This document shows, in pieces, positions 58,956 through 63,155 of a DNA stretch of 63,155 nucleotides. Position 1 is the first letter of the stretch. Every line of letters starts with the position of its first letter. A program made the translations under genes and the position numbers. Below the pieces are notes generated by a model. It was not told the DNA's origin and did not search any database. It saw nothing but the letters and a program-made list of their open reading frames with translations. Source of the stretch: Cellulomonadaceae bacterium (lineage in GTDB: Bacteria > Actinomycetota > Actinomycetes > Actinomycetales > Microbacteriaceae); the NCBI GenBank assembly GCA_038106075.1, contig JAYODB010000001.1:1-63155 (forward strand), in the 5' to 3' direction.

Positions 58956-60181
58956 CTGAGAGCACCACACCGGAGCTTCCCCGGCTGGATCGGCCCCAAC
59001 ACGGCATCCGATACGTTCAATCGCCGGGCGAATGGGCCTCCGTGTTGGATGAGCTCTCTTCGGGAGAGGGTCCGATTGCTCTCGACGTCGAGCGCGCGAG
59101 CGGTTTTCGCTATTCGCCCCGGGCCTATTTAGTCCAGCTCTACCGCCGCGGCACCACCAACTACCTGGTCGACCCCGTGGAAATTCCCGACCTCAGCGAA
59201 TTCACCGCTCGGTTCGCCGACGATGAGTGGATTCTTCACGCGGCGCGCCAAGACCTCCCCAGCCTCCGCGAGGTGGGCATCGAACCCATTCGCCTGTTTG
59301 ACACGGAGCTGGCCGCACGAATTGCGGGCCTCGCCCGGGTGGGACTTCAGGGTTCCGTCGAAGACCTCCTCGGAATGAGTCTCGCCAAAGAGCACTCGGC
59401 CGCAGACTGGTCGACCAGGCCACTACCCGAAGAATGGTTGTACTACGCCGCCCTCGATGTCGAAGTCTTACCGGACCTCAGAGATGTTCTTCACCGTCAG
59501 TTGAGTGAACAAGACAAGTGGCGTTTCGCGGAAGAGGAGTTTCATACCATCCTGACCGAGCCGGCCCCGACGCCGCGAAAAGAACCGTGGCGACGCCTCT
59601 CGGGACTGCATCAGGTTCGTGGGGCTCGGTCGATGGCGATTGCCCGAGAACTGTGGCTCGCGAGAGAGGAACTCGCCGAGCAGTCCGATGTGGCACCGGG
59701 GCGGCTGATTCCCGACCGGTCGATTGTGCACGCCGCCGTGAAAAACCCCGGCTCGCTCAAAGCCCTCCTTGCCCTCGAGAATTTTCACGGCCGAGCGAGT
59801 CGGAAAGAGGCGGAGCGATGGTGGCAGGCTATTGAGAGAGGCCAGCAGACGGAAGACCTTCCCGCTCTCAAAGCTCCAGGCGACACACTTCCCCCACCGC
59901 GGGCGTGGGCTGACCGCGCTCCCGAGGCGTATCGACGCTTTGTCATCAGTCGCGATCTGCTCAATCGGGAAGCTGAGCGCCTCACGATTCCGGCAGAGAA
60001 CGTTCTCACCCCGGAGCATCTGCGCCGGCTGTGCTGGGAACCAACCGACCCCCACTCAGCCGTGGCCATTGATCAGCAGCTGGGAGAGTTGGGGGCGCGT
60101 CGGTGGCAACGCGACATCGCTGTCCCCTTGCTCGTGGAAGCCTTCTCCCACGCCGAGGAGCTCAACGCCTCTGTGAGCTAG
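58952..60181 (+). CDS. rnd: Ribonuclease D (DEDDy exonuclease + HRDC)
   Basis: ALDVERASGFRY, WILHAARQDL, FDTELAAR, ADWSTRPLP and YAALDVE, followed by HRDC. Confidence 0.92.
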   Translation: MTESTTPELPRLDRPQHGIRYVQSPGEWASVLDELSSGEGPIALDVERASGFRYSPRAYLVQLYRRGTTNYLVDPVEIPDLSEFTARFADDEWILHAARQDLPSLREVGIEPIRLFDTELAARIAGLARVGLQGSVEDLLGMSLAKEHSAADWSTRPLPEEWLYYAALDVEVLPDLRDVLHRQLSEQDKWRFAEEEFHTILTEPAPTPRKEPWRRLSGLHQVRGARSMAIARELWLAREELAEQSDVAPGRLIPDRSIVHAAVKNPGSLKALLALENFHGRASRKEAERWWQAIERGQQTEDLPALKAPGDTLPPPRAWADRAPEAYRRFVISRDLLNREAERLTIPAENVLTPEHLRRLCWEPTDPHSAVAIDQQLGELGARRWQRDIAVPLLVEAFSHAEELNASVS

Positions 60182-62142
60182 CTTTCGGTCTCCGACTCTG
60201 CGGACTCGTTCTCGAATACGGTCTCGTCGTCGCGTTCACCGGGCAGTGGACGAGCAAAGGGAACTTTCTTTCCCAGCACCTGGGCGACAAGGTTTCTCGC
60301 GATGTCTTGGGCAGTGAGACCCGCCTGAGCGAGAATCTCTCCCCGTGAACCGTGGTCGAGAAATTGGTCGGGCAGTCCAATTTCGTCAACCGCGGTGTCA
60401 ACTCCCGCACGGCGGAGCTCCTGGCGAATACGCGTTCCCACACCACCCACCCGGGTCCCGTCCTCGATACTGACGACGATGCGGTGATCGCGTGACATCT
60501 CGACGATGCTCTCGGCGACGGGGACGACCCAACGCGGGTCGACCACGGTGGCTCCGATTCCCTGATCAGCGAGTCTCGATGCCACGTCCATGGCGAGGGT
60601 CGCCATCGGGCCAACCGCCACAATCAGGACGTCTTTGTGGGCAGCTTCGCGCAAGACGTCGACTCCGTCTGACGTTCGGCGCACGGCCGGAAGCTCGGGC
60701 GACACTGACCCTCGAGGGAATCGGATCACCGTGGGTGCATCGTCGACGGCGATGGCCTCGTGGAGCTCTTCGGCCAATCGCTCTCCGTCTCGAGGAGCGG
60801 CAATGCGGATGCCGGGAACTACCTGCAGCACAGCGAGGTCCCACATGCCGTGGTGGCTTGCGCCGTCGGGACCGGTCACTCCGGCACGGTCCAGAACAAA
60901 GGTGACACCGGCTTTGTGCAGAGCCACATCCATGAGTACCTGGTCAAAGGCCCGGTTGATGAAGGTGGCGTAAATCGCGACCACCGGGTGAAGTCCGCCA
61001 AACGCGAGACCAGCCGCGCTGGCCACCGCGTGCTGCTCGGCAATACCCACGTCCAGGACCCGGTTGGGATACTTCTTCGCCATGTCATAGAGGCCGGTGG
61101 GGCGCAACATAGCCGCGGTAATTCCCACCACCTTGGCGTTTGCATCGGCCTCTTTCACCATGGCCCGGGCAAACACGTCGGTCCAGCCGGGGCTTCCGCC
61201 CGAGCTCACCGGCTCCCCGGTTACCGGGTCGATTTGACCGACCGCGTGGAACTGGTCTGCTTCGTCGTTGCGGGCAGGCTCGAAGCCGCGGCCCTTCTCG
61301 GTGATGACGTGAACAATCACCGGTTGGCGATACGACTTCGCCTGACCGAGTGCCCGCTCGAGGTCGGCGAGGTTGTGTCCGTCAATGGGGCCCAGGTATT
61401 TGATGTCGAGATTGGAGTAGAGCGCTTCGTTATTGGTGAAGCGGGAGAGGAATCCGCGCACTCCGCCGCGGATGCCGCGGTAGAGCGCTTTTCCGGGCGC
61501 CCCGAACATGTTGAAGAGGGTTTCTGATCCGCCACGGAGGATGCGATAGCTGCGCTGGGTGCGCACCGAGCCGAGGAAGCGCGCCATCCCGCCGATGGTG
61601 GGGGCATAGGAGCGACCGTTGTCGTTGACAACAATCACGAGGTTTCGGTTGTTGTCGTCCGAGATGTTGTTGAGCGCTTCCCAGGTCATTCCACCCGTCA
61701 GTGCGCCGTCACCCACGACCGCAATCACGTGCCGGTTTTTCTTCTCCGCGAAGGTGTAGGCGCGAGAGATTCCCTCTGCCCAGCTGAGCGACGAGGAAGC
61801 ATGCGAACTTTCCACAATGTCGTGTTCCGATTCGACCCGCTGGGGATAGCCCGCGAGGCCACCCATCTGGCGCAGCTTGGAGAAGTCCTGTCGACCGGTC
61901 AGAAGCTTGTGAACATACGACTGATGACCCGTATCCCAGATGAAGGGGTCGTCGGGCGAGTGGAAGACCCGGTGAAGGGCAATCGTGAGTTCGACTACAC
62001 CGAGGTTGGGGCCCAGGTGTCCACCAGACTGAGCCACCTCGCGGATGAGGAACTCTCGGATGTCCTGGGCGAGCTCCTCGAGCTGCTCCAGGCTGAGCCC
62101 GTCGAGGTCCCGCGGGTGCTTAATTGTCTCCAGCATTGACAC
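60178..62142 (-). CDS. dxs: 1-deoxy-D-xylulose-5-phosphate synthase
   Basis: GGHLGPNLG, DTGHQSYVHK, GDGALTGG..EALNN, DVGIAEQHA and DRAG. Confidence 0.97.
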   Translation of the reverse strand: MSMLETIKHPRDLDGLSLEQLEELAQDIREFLIREVAQSGGHLGPNLGVVELTIALHRVFHSPDDPFIWDTGHQSYVHKLLTGRQDFSKLRQMGGLAGYPQRVESEHDIVESSHASSSLSWAEGISRAYTFAEKKNRHVIAVVGDGALTGGMTWEALNNISDDNNRNLVIVVNDNGRSYAPTIGGMARFLGSVRTQRSYRILRGGSETLFNMFGAPGKALYRGIRGGVRGFLSRFTNNEALYSNLDIKYLGPIDGHNLADLERALGQAKSYRQPVIVHVITEKGRGFEPARNDEADQFHAVGQIDPVTGEPVSSGGSPGWTDVFARAMVKEADANAKVVGITAAMLRPTGLYDMAKKYPNRVLDVGIAEQHAVASAAGLAFGGLHPVVAIYATFINRAFDQVLMDVALHKAGVTFVLDRAGVTGPDGASHHGMWDLAVLQVVPGIRIAAPRDGERLAEELHEAIAVDDAPTVIRFPRGSVSPELPAVRRTSDGVDVLREAAHKDVLIVAVGPMATLAMDVASRLADQGIGATVVDPRWVVPVAESIVEMSRDHRIVVSIEDGTRVGGVGTRIRQELRRAGVDTAVDEIGLPDQFLDHGSRGEILAQAGLTAQDIARNLVAQVLGKKVPFARPLPGERDDETVFENESAESETES

Positions 62143-62183
62143 TCCGCAAGCCTATGAGGTTCGAGCTGGAAATCTCCAGGTGA

Positions 62184-63155
62184 CTAGACCAACTGCCGCA
62201 AGACGTAAGGAAGGATTCCCCCGTTGCGGTAGTAGTCAGCTTCACCGGGAGTATCAATCCGCACAACGGCCTCGAAGGTGACAGCCTGCTTTCCCTCCGC
62301 CGAGTGGGAGCTCGGGGTAGCGGTGACTCTGACGGTTTTTGGGGTGTGACCCTCGTTGAGGGCCTCGATGCCCGAGATCTCAAACGTCTCGGTGCCATCG
62401 AGTCCCAGTGAGCTGGCGGTCTCACCGGCCGGGAACTGCAGCGGCACAACCCCCATGCCGATCAGGTTGGAGCGGTGGATGCGCTCGAAGGATTCCGCGA
62501 TGACCGCCTTGACCCCCAAGAGGCTGGTGCCCTTAGCCGCCCAGTCGCGCGAAGACCCCGAACCGTATTCCTTGCCGGCGAGAATCACGAGCGGTGTTCC
62601 CTCGGCTTGGTAACGCTCGGACGCGTCGTAGATAAACGTCTGCGCACCATCGGCGGTGGTGAAGTCGCGGGTGTATCCACCCTCCACGCCGTCGAGAAGA
62701 AGGTTCTTCAGGCGAATGTTCGCAAACGTGCCGCGAATCATCACTTCGTGGTTTCCGCGGCGGGAACCGTAGGAGTTGAAGTCGAGGCGGTCAATGCCGT
62801 GTTCGGTGAGGTAGCGTCCGGCCGGGCTATCCACCCGAATCGAACCAGCCGGAGAAATGTGGTCGGTCGTGACGGAATCACCCAGCAGTGCCAACACCCG
62901 TGCTCCCGAAATATCGCTCACCGGCTCTGGCTGTGCTGACATTCCCTCGAAATAGGGGGGCTTGCGCACATACGTCGACGAGTCGGCCCATTCGAAGGTG
63001 TCCCCGGTGGGGGTCGGCAGTGAGCGCCAGCGCTCGTCTCCGTCGAACACCGCCGCATATTCCTTGTCGAACATGTCAGTGTCAATCGAGGTATCAATCG
63101 TGCTTTGCACTTCCTGGGCGCTCGGCCAAATGTCGCGCAGGTAGACGTCGTTTCC
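62184..63155 (-). CDS. acnA: Aconitate hydratase A, 3' part (gene starts beyond the window)
   Basis: [38 protein letters not shown] and FERIHRSNL. Frame stays open to the window edge ([10 protein letters not shown]). Confidence 0.96.
   Translation of the reverse strand, partial: GNDVYLRDIWPSAQEVQSTIDTSIDTDMFDKEYAAVFDGDERWRSLPTPTGDTFEWADSSTYVRKPPYFEGMSAQPEPVSDISGARVLALLGDSVTTDHISPAGSIRVDSPAGRYLTEHGIDRLDFNSYGSRRGNHEVMIRGTFANIRLKNLLLDGVEGGYTRDFTTADGAQTFIYDASERYQAEGTPLVILAGKEYGSGSSRDWAAKGTSLLGVKAVIAESFERIHRSNLIGMGVVPLQFPAGETASSLGLDGTETFEISGIEALNEGHTPKTVRVTATPSSHSAEGKQAVTFEAVVRIDTPGEADYYRNGGILPYVLRQLV

Noticed and set aside
1-63155. tRNA, rRNA, CRISPR arrays, IS elements, prophage or defence genes
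   Set aside because: None recognised. Intergenic gaps are short and accounted for, though a covariance-model scan was not possible.

Overview
GC-rich actinobacterial chromosome segment. Gene content and order point to a compact Microbacteriaceae genome (inferred from synteny and protein signatures, not from a database search). The window is almost all core genes: the qcrB end and cta respiratory genes, hisD-nrdR-pyrD, dnaE, a complete-looking dcw cluster (mraZ to divIVA), idsA/LysM/PknL/DAHP synthase, pyc, the pgsA2-garA-ftsR-merR block, amt, nhaA, zapE, sseA-sufE, rnd, dxs and the end of acnA. I saw no tRNA, rRNA, CRISPR array, IS or prophage. The most unusual signal is inside the dcw operon. 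The murF slot holds only a ~150-aa degenerate C-terminal domain, and the murD slot holds a ~335-aa protein that has lost its P-loop, catalytic motifs and C-terminal domain. Both are still open frames translationally coupled to murE/mraY, which suggests retained Mur pseudo-enzymes, with the real ligases elsewhere or replaced. MurE also has an altered specificity loop (DDDPR). Other notable items are a beta-CASP nuclease relic with a visible microhomology deletion junction, loss of lspA from its usual slot, and a composite promoter module (GACACGCCC box plus MerR-type palindrome) shared by ftsZ and a MerR gene. There is also an mraW RNA motif, a VanZ-glycosyltransferase-DUF368 envelope cassette and many apparently leaderless genes.
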